DNA from: Tubiluchus corallicola
Lineage: Eukaryota; Animalia; Priapulida
Length of the DNA: 64,000 nucleotides
Assembly: GCA_030141605.1 (NCBI GenBank)
Contig: JAQGDQ010001020.1
Location: 5,880-69,879, forward strand
Direction of reading: 5' to 3'
This document shows positions 12,202 to 23,230 of this stretch, one piece after another; positions within the stretch are counted from its first letter, which is position 1, and each line of letters starts with the position of its first letter. The notes beneath the pieces were generated by a model. It saw only the letters and a list, made by a program, of their open reading frames with translations, was not told where the DNA came from and did no database searches. Both the position numbers and the translations under genes were made by a program.

Positions 12202-12621
12202 CAGTGGTTCTTAACCTGGGTTCGATCGAACCCTAGGGGTTCGGTGAGTCGATCTCAGGGGTTCGGCACGATCCTTTTCGAGGATGCTGGACACAAAAAC
12301 GAAGAAAAGGAACAGACTTTGCTGTGAAAATGACATGAGAGTGGCACTTGCCAAGGTGAAGCCACGCATATCTGAACTGGTCTCTCAAAGGCAACAGCAG
12401 AAGTCACACTGATTTGCAGGTATGTAATTTGTTGTGAGTTTATGCACTGTGTTGGTTTTGTTCTTTGAACAAGGTGATGTTCATGCACGGCTCATTTTGT
12501 GTACCAGTAAAAAACATATCAGTGTCTTGAATTTGAAAAAAATCATATTTTATTTTTCACTAAAGAGGGGTTCGGTGAATGCGCATATGAAACTGGTGGG
12601 GTTCGGTACCTCCAACAAGGT
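12202..12621 (+). mobile_element. Internally deleted hAT (Charlie/Buster group) DNA transposon
   Basis: 5' TIR CAGTGGTTCTTAACCT, gggttcg subterminal repeats, transposase C-terminus FSRMLDTKTKKRNRLCCENDMRVALAKVKPRISELVSQRQQQKSH*; right TIR truncated. Absent from the paralogous site near 22330. Confidence 0.85.
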
Positions 12622-12705
12622 AAATTATAAAAACTTTATAATAAGGAGTTTCATAATTAGTAACTCAAATTGTGCCATAATTGTAATTATCTACATTTTG
12701 TTCAG

Positions 12706-13151
12706 TGTGACTGCTGATATTGGAGAAATTATTAGAGATAATAAATGGCATTTTGTTTGTGCTGGATATGACAACAACCTTCAATCCGATGGGGAATGGA
12801 TGGTTTCTGTGGATTAGAGATAATAAATGGCATTTTGTTTGTGCTGGATATGACAACAACCTTCAATCCGATGGGGAATGGATGGTTTCTGTGGATTAGA
12901 GATAATAAATGGCATTTTCTTTGCGCTGGATATGACAACAACCTTAAATCCGATGGGGAACGGATGGTTTCTGTGGATTAGAGATAATAAATGGCATTTT
13001 GTTTGCGCTGGATATGACAACAACCTTCAATCCGATGGGGAATGGATGGTTTCTGTGGATTAGAGATAATAAATGGCATTTTGTTTGTGCTGGATATGAC
13101 AACAACCTTCAATCCGATGGGGAATGGATGGTTTCTGTGGATAGCACCTTT
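12706..13151 (+). pseudogene. Pentraxin/LamG-like exon (copy A) containing an 82-bp unit x5 (12730-13141)
   Basis: Acceptor ttttgttcag, then IRDNKWHFVCAGYDNNLQSDGEWMVSVD(STF), like pentraxin DG.WHHVC..W....G...YVDG. The repeat breaks frame and introduces TAG. Confidence 0.6.
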
Positions 13152-13225
13152 AGTGAGAAATTGCGGTTCAATGCCATTATTTAATTTAAACTGATGTTGC
13201 ATTTGCAGTAGCACTAGTTTCTATG

Positions 13226-13312
13226 AGGGAGGTATAGTCTAGTGGTAACGTATCTGCTTTCCTTCCAGGAAGTTGTGAGTTCAATACTGCTGCCGGGTCA
13301 TACTGAAGACTT
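13226..13312 (+). mobile_element. tRNA-derived SINE head fragment
   Basis: A-box-like tagtctagtgg, B-box-like gagttcaatac, followed by gggtcatactgaagactt; no intact cloverleaf. Confidence 0.45.
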
Positions 13313-14128
13313 GGTACATGTATACACTTCATAAAAGTGCTAAGAAATTCATAAAAACTTGAGTAATCACATCTTTCACCTGGGGAGATGCAGGAATGAA
13401 TCTTGAAAGAGGACTCCGGGAATCTCTATCAACATGCGCAGCTGGAGAATCAAAACTCCAAACAATTTGCATGTTAACTGATGAGCAAATAGATCAGCTT
13501 CTCAGTTTCATAGTTGAGACAGAAGAACACTATGTTGTTAAGAAAACAGGGATGGAGAAAAGTGCAGTCAACTTTGCCATATATTGCACATGTGAAGATC
13601 TCTCAATTAAATTAAGTGTGATAAGTGTAATGTATTATAAATTAAGGATGCTTTGTATCAGTCTTCATGACACGCTGTTACAGCACCTTGTTGTTGTAGG
13701 CAATTGTTTTTTAGGCATGCTGAGGATGTCCTTTTTAGTTACTTCTGAGCCATTACATCTCTTCAACTAGGGAGATGCAGGTATGAATCTTGTAGGACGA
13801 TTCCAGGAATCTCAATCAACATGCGCAGCCGGAGAACCAGAATTCTGAAAAATATGCGTGTTAATTGAAGAACAAATAGATGAACTTCTCAGCTTTAGAG
13901 ATGAGACAGAAGAACAATCAGCCTCTTTATTCTACCAGATTTACAACGAAGTCAAGCAAATCTTAAATGATTATCTGCTTAGGAGACGATTTAGGCAGAA
14001 GTTAAGATAGCAAGGATGACAAACTTTTTCCACAAACCAGCCGTAGTCTGGCACCAAGTAGTTACTCGCATTCTTCTTCTTCTTCTGGTATGCACTTCGT
14101 AAAAGTACTAAGGCTTTATAATTAGGTA

Positions 14129-15270
14129 TTGGATCATGATCAGATCTGGCAGGCATGTATGGCAGGGACTACCAAAACAGCAACTGAGAGTTTGCACTCT
14201 CGACTTGGATCATGATCAGATCTGGCAGGCATGTATGGCAGGGACTACCAAAACAGCAATTGAGAGTTTGCACTCTCGACTTGGATCATGATCAGATCTG
14301 GCAGGCATGTATGGCAGTAATTACCAAAACAGCAACTGAGAGTTTGCACTCTCGACTTGGATCATGATCAGATCTGGCAGGCATGTATGGCAGGAACTAC
14401 CAAAACAGCAACTGAGAGTTTGCACTCTCGACTTGGATCATGATCAGATCTGGCAGGCATGTATGGCAGGGACTACCAAAACAGCAATTGAGAGTTTGCA
14501 CTCTCGACTTGGATCATGATCAGATCTGGCAGGCATGTATGGCAGGGACTACCAAAACAGCAATTGAGAGTTTGCACTCTCGACTTGGATCATGAGCAGA
14601 TCTGGCAGGCATGTATGGCAGGAATTACCAAAACAGCAAGTGAGAGTTTGCACTCTCGACTTGGATCATGATCAGATCTGGCAGGCATGTATGGCTGGAA
14701 ATTACCAAAACAGCAATTGAGAGTTTGCACTCTCGACTTGGATCATGAGCAGATCTGGCAGGCATGTATGGCAGGAATTACCAAAACAGCAATTGAGAGT
14801 TTGCACTCTCGACTTGGATCATGAGCAGATCTGGCAGGCATGTATGGCAGGAATTACCAAAACAGCAATTGAGAGTTTGCACTCTCGACTTGGATCATGA
14901 TCAGATCTGGCAGGCATGTATGGCAGGGACTACCAAAACAGCAAGTGAGAGTTTGCACTCTCGACTTGGATCATGAGCAGATCTGGCAGGCATGTATGGC
15001 AGGAATTACCAAAACAGCAATTGAGAGTTTGCACTCTCGACTTGGATCATGAGCAGATCTGGCAGGCATGTATGGCAGGGATTACCAAAACAGCAATTGA
15101 GAGTTTGCACTCTCGACTTGGATCATGATCAGATCTGGCAGGCATGTATGGTAGGAACTACCAAAACAGCAACTGAGAGTTTGCACTCTCGACTTGGATC
15201 ATGATCAGATCTGGCAGGCATGTATGGCAGGGATTACCAAAACAGCAATTGAGAGTTTGCACTCTCGACT
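14129..15270. repeat. 76-bp tandem array, about 15 copies, inside a probable LINE 3' fragment with a (GAA)n tail
   Basis: Unit ttggatcatgatcagatctggcaggcatgtatggcagggactaccaaaacagcaattgagagtttgcactctcgac (starts 14129, 14205); (ttc)n at 14071-14086. Confidence 0.93.
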
Positions 15271-15359
15271 TTCCATCTTCTAAGGGTACTTCTGGGGGTA
15301 ACACAAAAATTCAAGTATTACTTCTCGATCCCTTGTTTGTGATACTGCATGCCAGGATG

Positions 15360-18200
15360 TAAGTAAGGAAGTAAGTTTATTAGTTTATCACCATTTTTAA
15401 AATAGCAAAATACATAACAAAGAGATTTATAAATCTATACGAGATACAATAATAGTGCAAAGTGCAAAACTAATTATTGATTAGTGATGAAAGGGTGGCG
15501 AAAGAACTATAAGTTATCGAGGTCAGCCACCCTCTCAGAATTGTTACTAATATAATTAATTAGTTAATGCGCATGTACCAGGTAATTAAAAATTATCAGA
15601 TTTTGCATTTAAGACGAATGAAAATTGAATTATTATACGAACGTGTTAGTTCATAATAAAATAATGTTCAATAATGGGAAGGAGAGACACATGTGACTAT
15701 CTTTAAATAATAATTTAACCATTACGTATTTAAAATTAATGTTATGAGGACCTAGGGCCAAAGGAAGAAAAAAATTAATTTAATTGGGATGCAGCAGGGC
15801 CCATGAAGAGCTTGGAGGAGATAACAGCTGTTGCGTTATTGTACCTAGAAGGGTACATCTCAACAACAAAAAATCACAAAAATATTGTTTTTTATTATTA
15901 ATGTTGGCAATGTCGTGGTGATGTTGATGACAAGTAAGGACTCCTGTTGATCCTGTAAGTGCCTGTAGGTGACAAAATGTCGGAGAATATCAGCAATGAA
16001 CCACAAACAAAATCACATCAAAATTTTTTGGGCAGAGCTCAATGCAAAAGAACAAGAGAATACAAGACTTGTAAAATCATGTAAGGAAACTACAAAAGTG
16101 AAATAATGTAGTGCAAGCGCTTGGGAGGCCACTCTGCACAACCTCTGCCTTTTATTCCAAAGTATGACAAATGGTTACCAAACTAGTGTTAATGTTATAT
16201 GTCACTGCTAAAGATATCAGTAGTTTGAACCTTAGTCTTCAGAATTATTTTTCTGCTCCTATTGGCTAAATCTTCACATCGTTTGCTTTGAACTAATCCG
16301 GTTTTATTTTGGCTCTGACTTCGACATGTACACTAGTTTGGGAAGGGTATATAGGGAAGGTAAAAACCTGCTGTACTTTGGAGCTACAGTGGTAATTGGG
16401 TTGTGCAGAGATGGTGGTTTTGAGTTATTGTGTTTCGTCTGACAAGGCTTACAGTTCTCCTGCTACACACCATACGGGGAGCTAGGTACAAGTTTCTTCA
16501 TTTCTTTGTTCAGCTTTTCTTCATTTTGTGCAAAATCTTCAATTCTCAATTCGCTTAGGCCTTGCAATATCTAAATCTCTTTCAAGTTAGCAAGCAACAA
16601 TAGTCAGCATTATTTAATTCAGCTGTGTTTACCCCGCTCACTATTTATTAGGTGTTTATTAATTTCTATGAATAAAACAACATCATCAACGCAATCAACA
16701 GCTCGTAGTAAACAAAGCAGCGGAACCACCCCGTGGAATTAGTTTCCTTTTCATACACGATTCTATTGCGAAGAACATGGATGCATTGTTACTAGGTCGC
16801 AGAGCCATAAGCAAGCAGTTACAGGCATACAGTTTGACGGCTGGGGATTCAAAGTACAAAATTGGGCCAAAAATTTCGTTTATCGGCAAAGTAATTGGTG
16901 AATGTGGATTAATTGTGTCTGGGTAATATTCATTCAACTTTTTGGTTTTTTATGTATTTGTTTAAAAATATAATGAAAAAGCTGATACAGAGGCAATAAC
17001 TCACTAGCAGTCATTCAGTAAACTGTCTGACTAGCTCACACTCGGTAACTCACTAGCAGTCACACAGTAAACTCTCTGACTAGCTCGCAGTCGGTAACTC
17101 ACTAGCAGTCACACAGTAAACTCTCAGACTAGCTCACACTCGGTACCTCACTAGCAGTCACTCAGTAAACTCTCTGACTAGCTCACACTCAGGAACTCAC
17201 TGGCAGTCACTTAGTAAACTCTCTAACTAGCTCACACTCGGTAACTCACTGGCAGTCATTCAGTAAACTCTCTGACTAGCTCACACTCGGTAACTCACTA
17301 GCAGTCACACAGTAAACTCTCTGACTAGCTCGCACTCGGTAACTCACTAGCAGTCACTCAGTAAACTCTCTGACTAGCTCGCACTCGGTAACTCACTAGC
17401 AGTCACACAGTAAACTCTCTGACTAGCTCACAGTCGGTAACTCACTAGCAGTCACTCAGTAAACTCTCTTACTAGCTCACACTCGGTAACTCACTAGCAG
17501 TCACTCAGTAAACTCTCAGACTAGCTCGCACTCGGTAACTCACTAGCAGTCACTCAGTAAACTCTCAGACTAGCTCACACTCGGTAACTCACTAGCAGTC
17601 ACTCAGTAAACTCTCTGACTAGCTCACACTCGGTAACTCACTAGCAGTCACACAGTAAACTCTCTGACTAGCTCACACTTGGTAACTCACTAGCAGTCAC
17701 ACAGTAAACTCTCTGACTAGCTCACACTCGGTAACTCACTGGCAGTCACTCAGTAAACTCTCTGACTAGCTCACACTCGGTAACTCACTAGCAGTCACCC
17801 AGTAAACTCTCTGGCTAGCTCACACTCGGTAACTCACTAGCAGTCACACAGTAAACTCTCTGACTAGCTCACACTCGGTAACTCACTAGCAGTCACACAG
17901 TAAACTCTCTGACTAGCTCACACTCGGTAACTCACTAGGAGTCACACAGTAAATTCTCTGACTAGCTCACACTCGGAAACTCACTGGCAGTCACCCAGTA
18001 AACAGTGAGGTTAGAAAGGTGAGTTAACTCGAAATAAACAGACGTCGAACACTAAGCCTGCAGTACAGTGTTTCTTTCTCACCAAACGCAATCTCTCTCA
18101 CCTACCAAACGATTGTCAAAGAGAACAGTCACAAAGGACTACAATAACACAATTAACGAATAGTGCTCACAATCGAGGTTCACAAGTAAAGTCGCACTTT
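15360..18200 (-). mobile_element. Possible non-autonomous LINE-like element (5'UTR array, decayed ORF1-like region, 3' tail, no recognisable RT)
   Basis: Minus-strand AATAAA followed by (acttac)-type tail at about 15360-15380; broken coiled-coil-like frames at 16400-16810; 49-bp array near the putative 5' end. Confidence 0.35.
16997..18003. repeat. 49-bp tandem array, about 20 copies
   Basis: Unit ctcggtaactcactagcagtcacacagtaaactctctgactagctcaca (tcggtaact at 17042 and 17091). Confidence 0.95.
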
Positions 18201-18259
18201 CGTTTTTCACTTATATATATATAGATATATAAGTGAAAATGCCAATGATGATAATATAT

Positions 18260-19240
18260 GAAGAGCACAGGGGAAGAACGATCTAAGTCACATTTCATGG
18301 AAAATTAGATAGTGACGCCATCTGAAGTTTATTTCGAGAAGCTTTCTTTTGGGCTAATGCGTTCAGGTAGAATCGATCCGTGTCCGCTTTATTTTGCTGC
18401 CTCCAAAACACAATCACTGACCGAAACGATCCAAGTCCAACCGATCCTTGACCAAACGATCTATGTCCAGTCACGTGATCAAACAAGCCAATCAGCGTAG
18501 AGCAATGGCTGCGCACTTAGGATAACAGAATTGTTGCAATTATTTCATGATGTTTATGTGAAAATTTCACGACACAAGGACAGCTTAATCTTCACTTGTA
18601 TTGACATTTATTCTCTAATTAATAATGTCTAGTTCAGAAGACTATGAGCAACCTGTGACCACGGATAAATACAAAAAAGGCCTATAAAGCACCGCAAACG
18701 TGATTTGGCAGAAACACAAATGTTGTCCAGCCACATTACTGATGAAAATTGCAAGTGGCAGCGGTTCGCTTGCTTCACGAAAATTACTGAAGAAGAGAGT
18801 GAGGATGACTCACTCTCTTCTTCAGTAATTTTCGTGAAGCAAGCGAACCGCTGCCACTTGCAATTTTCATCAGTAATGTGGCTGGACAACCTTTGTGTTT
18901 CTTTGAGGGACTTATTTTAAATTTCAATACAAAATACGAAAACAAAGATCAACAAGATGCATACCTGGCACCGATGGTTAAAGTGCAAAGTGTTAAGCGC
19001 CACCGGCCTCCGACAGAAAACTCAAAGGAATTAAAAACGTATACATATGTTTATGAAGTAAAGATATGCCGAGGAGAAAATGTTCACCTGATACCAGTTT
19101 GCCAAAAAGCATTTATAGCTGTTTTCGGGATTACTATACGCTGGGTGCAGACGGTTCAACAGGCACTAACATCTACAGGTAGACCATCGTTATTTAATCA
19201 TACCATCATCATTACAGCAATGAAGGACCACTGATAGTTT
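18260..19240 (+). mobile_element. Sola-like DNA transposon 5' remnant (transposase N-terminal region)
   Basis: CKWQRFACFTKITEEE...QQDAYLAPMVKVQSVKRHR...TYVYEV...VCQKAFIAVFGIT matches the Q..YL...V.R.R...Y....VC..AF...GI pattern I recall for Sola transposases; interrupted by a palindrome. Confidence 0.55.
18710..18902. repeat. Near-perfect palindrome: 94-bp arms, 5-nt loop, 1 mismatch
   Basis: 18710-18803 is the reverse complement of 18809-18902; loop GATGA; mismatch at 18721/18891. Confidence 0.95.
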
Positions 19241-19409
19241 TGTGTGGTGGTCTCCTGTGTAAATTTAGATAGTATATATTAGATTAGAAAATAGAAACAT
19301 CTTTCCAGACTCGAGAATATTTTGGCTCTATTACTATTAGAAAAATTCAGATTTACCTAGGTTCGATCAATCTATATAATGCCTTCAAAATGCCATTAAA
19401 TAAACCTGC

Positions 19410-19855
19410 CAAAAACAACTCAAACCCTACTATGAAAAAAGTACAATAAAATTTGAAATGCTACTTTCACCAAACACCAAACCGCCATTTCTAATGCAGT
19501 ATCAAACGAAATTTATAGGTGTCATACACAGTTAAAAAGCCTGAAAAACTCTCTATCTAGCCGCACATAGTTTGTTTATCAGCAATTTAACCTGTACAAA
19601 ATAACTCAAACCTAGTTTGAAAAAGTAAAATAAAATTTGCAAAGCTACTTCACCTGAACACCAAGCCGCCATTATTAATGCAGCATCAAACGGAATTTGT
19701 GCGTGTCACACACAGTTATAAAGCCAGCAAAATTCTCTATCTAACCGTATATAGTTTGTTGGTCAGCAATTTAATCTGCAAAAATTAGCTCGAACTCTAT
19801 TTTGAAGAATTCAGAATGGCAATGCTACTTCCACCGAATACCAAACCGCCATTAG
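19410..19855. repeat. Diverged tandem repeat of about 186 bp, about 2.5 copies
   Basis: aactcaaacc...aaaatttg.aatgctactt.cacc.aacaccaaaccgccatt recurs at about 19417, 19602 and 19788. Confidence 0.75.
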
Positions 19856-20220
19856 TCTTTTGCTTTCTGAGGTAGTGTAGATTCATATAAAAAATGTGAA
19901 AGAATTAAAGTTTTGCATATTAGTATCACAGTTTGTTGTGTTAGTTGTCCTTTAACTTGTCGGAAATATGATATGCCAGATGTCATTTTTTGTATTTTGT
20001 TATTAAAGTATTCATCCCAACTACGTAACATCCTGCAACTACCTAACAGAGACTATTATTACCCACTTTTATCCTAAATACAATTTTTAAAGTCAACTCA
20101 CGACCTCCTAATTGGAAAACAGAGACGCATTAGCACTAGACTATGTCTCTTTTATAGAAATTAGTACTAATTTCATCATGCATCGTGAATTTAAATGAAA
20201 TAATAGCTGTAATTTCTTAC

Positions 20221-22232
20221 CTAAAGGTGCTATCCACAGAATCCATCCTTTCCCCGTTGAGGTGAGGTCTCTTGTCGTATCCGGCCATCCTTTCCCCGTT
20301 GAGGTGAGGTCTCTTGTCGTATCCAGCCATCCTCTCCCCGTTGAGGTGAGGTCTCTTGTCGTATCCGGCCATCCTTTCCCCGTTGAGGTGAGGTCTCTTG
20401 TCGTATCCATCCATCCTCTCCCCGTTGAGGCGAGGTCTCTTGTCGTATCCATCCATCCTCTCCCCGTTCAGGTGAGGTCTATTGTCGTATCCATCCATCC
20501 TCTCCCCGTTGAGGCGAGGTCTCTTGTCGTATCCGGCCATCCTTTCCCCGTTGAGGTGAGGTCTCTTGTCGTATGCATCCATCCTCTCAACGTTGAGGCG
20601 AGGTCTCTTGTCGTATCCAGCCATCCTTTCCCCGTTGAGGTGAGGTCTCTTGTCGTATCCAGCCATCCTCTCTCCGTTGAGGTGAGGTCTCTTGTCGTAT
20701 CCAGCCATCCTCTCTCCGTTGAGGTGAGGTCTCTTGTCGTATCCATCCATCCTTTCCCCGTTGAGGTGAGGTCTCTTGTCGTATCCATCCATCCTTTCCC
20801 CGTTGAGGTGAGGTCTCTTGTCGTAGCCATCCATCCTCTCTCCGTTGAGGTGAGGTCTCTTGTCGTATCCATCCATCCTCTCCCCGTTGAGGCGAGGTCT
20901 CTTGTCGTATCCATCCATCCTCTCCCCGTTCAGGTGAGGTCTATTGTCGTATCCATCCATCCTCTCCCCGTTGAGGCGAGGTCTCTTGTCGTATCCGGCC
21001 ATCCTCTCCCCGTTGAGGTGAGGTCTCTTGTCGTAGCCATCCATCCTCTCCCCGTTGAGGCGAGGTCTCTTGTCGTATCCAGCCATCCTTTCCCCGTTGA
21101 GGTGAGGTCTCTTGTCGTATCCAGCCATCCTCTCTCCGTTGAGGTGAGGTCTCTTGTCGCATCCAGCCATCCTTTCCCCGTTGAGGCGAGGTCTCTTGTC
21201 GCATCCAGCCATCCTCTCCCCGTTGAGGCGAGGTCTCTTGTCGTATCCAGCCATCCTCTTCCCGTTGAGGTGAGGTCTCTTGTCGTATCCAGCCATCCTC
21301 TCTCCGTTGAGGTGTGGTCTCTTGTCGCATCCAGCCATCCTTTCCCCGTTGAGGTGAGGTCTCTTGTCGTATCCATCCATCCTCTCCCCGTTGAGGCGAG
21401 GTCTCTTGTCGTATCCATCCATCCTCTCCCCGTTCAGGTGAGGTCTATTGTCGTATCCATCCATCCTCTCCCCGTTGAGGCGAGGTCTCTTGTCGTATCC
21501 GGCCATCCTCTCCCCGTTGAGGTGAGGTCTCTTGTCGTAGCCATCCATCCTCTCCCCGTTGAGGCGAGGTCTCTTGTCGTATCCAGCCATCCTTTCCCCG
21601 TTGAGGTGAGGTCTCTTGTCGTATCCAGCCATCCTCTCTCCGTTGAGGTGAGGTCTCTTGTCGCATCCAGCCATCCTTTCCCCGTTGAGGCGAGGTCTCT
21701 TGTCGCATCCAGCCATCCTCTCCCCGTTGAGGCGAGGTCTCTTGTCGTATCCAGCCATCCTCTTCCCGTTGAGGTGAGGTCTCTTGTCGTATCCAGCCAT
21801 CCTCTCTCCGTTGAGGTGTGGTCTCTTGTCGCATCCAGCCATCCTTTCCCCGTTGAGGCGAGGTCTCTTGTCGTATCCAGCCATCCTTTCCCCGTTGAGG
21901 CGAGGTCTCTTGTCGTATCCAGCCATCCTCTTCCCGTTGAGGTGATGTCTCTTGTCGTATCCAGCCATCCTTTCCCCGTTGAGGCGAGGTCTCTTGTCGT
22001 AGCCATCCATCCTTTCCCCGTTGAGGTGAGGTCTCTTGTCGCATCCAGCCATCCTTTCCCCGTTGAGGCGAGGTCTCTTGTCGTATCCAGCCATCCTCTC
22101 CCCGTTGAGGCGAGGTCTCTTGTCGTATCCAGCCAACCTTTCCCCGTTGAGGCGAGGTCTCTTGTCGTATCCAGCGCAAAAACAAAATGCCATTGTTCAT
22201 CTCTTATTCTTGCTCCAAGAGCAGCAGCCGAA
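20221..22232 (-). pseudogene. Pentraxin/LamG-like exon (copy B) expanded by a 42-bp unit
   Basis: Acceptor cttgtttag, IRDEQWHF, an apparent frameshift in a T-run, then CAGYDKRPRLNGERM repeated, ending MDSVDSTF ag|gtaag donor; homologous to 12706-13151. Confidence 0.6.
20240..22175. repeat. 42-bp tandem array, about 46 copies, with higher-order blocks
   Basis: Unit gtcgtatccagccatcctctccccgttgaggtgaggtctctt; the diagnostic caggtgaggtctatt variant recurs at 462- and 504-bp spacing. Confidence 0.96.
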
Positions 22233-22859
22233 CTAAACAAGATGTAGATAAATTCAATTATGGCACAATCCGAGCTACTAATTACGAAATTCTGTTTTTG
22301 AGTTACTAGTGAGCAAAAAACCAACATTAGAACTAACATCACAGTAAAATCTTACTATTCTATAAGCGCTTGAATGTAGCTATAGTTATTCTTAACGTGA
22401 GAAAACAGTACAAAGGGTGTTCATGTTGTGAAGTTTAAAGCTTATCACTAAACATCTGCAAAAATTGGCTTAAACATATCTAGCACAACTCTGTTTTGTA
22501 GAAACTGGTTTTCACTAATACAAGGAAAAAGTATCAATAACGGGTATTATATTTTATCATAGCAAATTTTAAATGTCGCAGTATGTCTGAGAATGGTTGC
22601 TTTGTGTCTATAACTATGCAAAAATTCTATTCTATTTTTCAGCAAAAAAAGCAGATTCAATCGAGAAAACCAAACGAACAAATTCTTGACTTGTTATAAT
22701 TTAAAATTTATATCACTTATACTAAATGGTACTAAAAATGGCTGATGAGATTTGGTAAGTACTTTACTTTTACCTATAATATGTTTTTCTCGCAGGATTA
22801 TGAGATGCTACCAGTACCGAAGTGCTGTCTGTGCCAACTTAGAACTTTTTTGTTATTTA

Positions 22860-23230
22860 TTTATTATTATTATTATCACATTCAGTACAATGTAATGACA
22901 TTAAGCACACAGTGACATCAAAATTATTACATCATACTGTATTAAATTGTTATGTTTCATGCACTATCGTTATCATAAAAGATTAATTGTACTGCAGTGG
23001 GCTAGAGAAGCAAAGGCTTGTATAAGCCCACTGTCATGTGAACACGATAAAAAAAGAATGGATGAGTGAACAAAAAAAAAGAACTGGGAGAAAGGTTAGA
23101 TCACACAGGAAGGGTAGAAGGATGTGTCAGTGGAAATGGTAGGAAGAAAGATAATAGATTGCGCTATGTTGACATCAGCTCTAAAAATTTATCAATGATG
23201 CCTTGTTCTGCACCAAGATTGTGGAATAAC
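22860..23230 (-). mobile_element. LINE 3' tail (same family as 31085-31680)
   Basis: Near-identical ttattatcacattcagtacaat...gatgccttgtt block at both sites with an (att)n tail. Confidence 0.7.

Noticed and set aside
20262-22342. 661-aa plus-strand ORF and other alternative-frame ORFs in the 42-bp array
   Set aside because: Repeat translations; only the GYDKRP frame connects to homologous flanking coding sequence.
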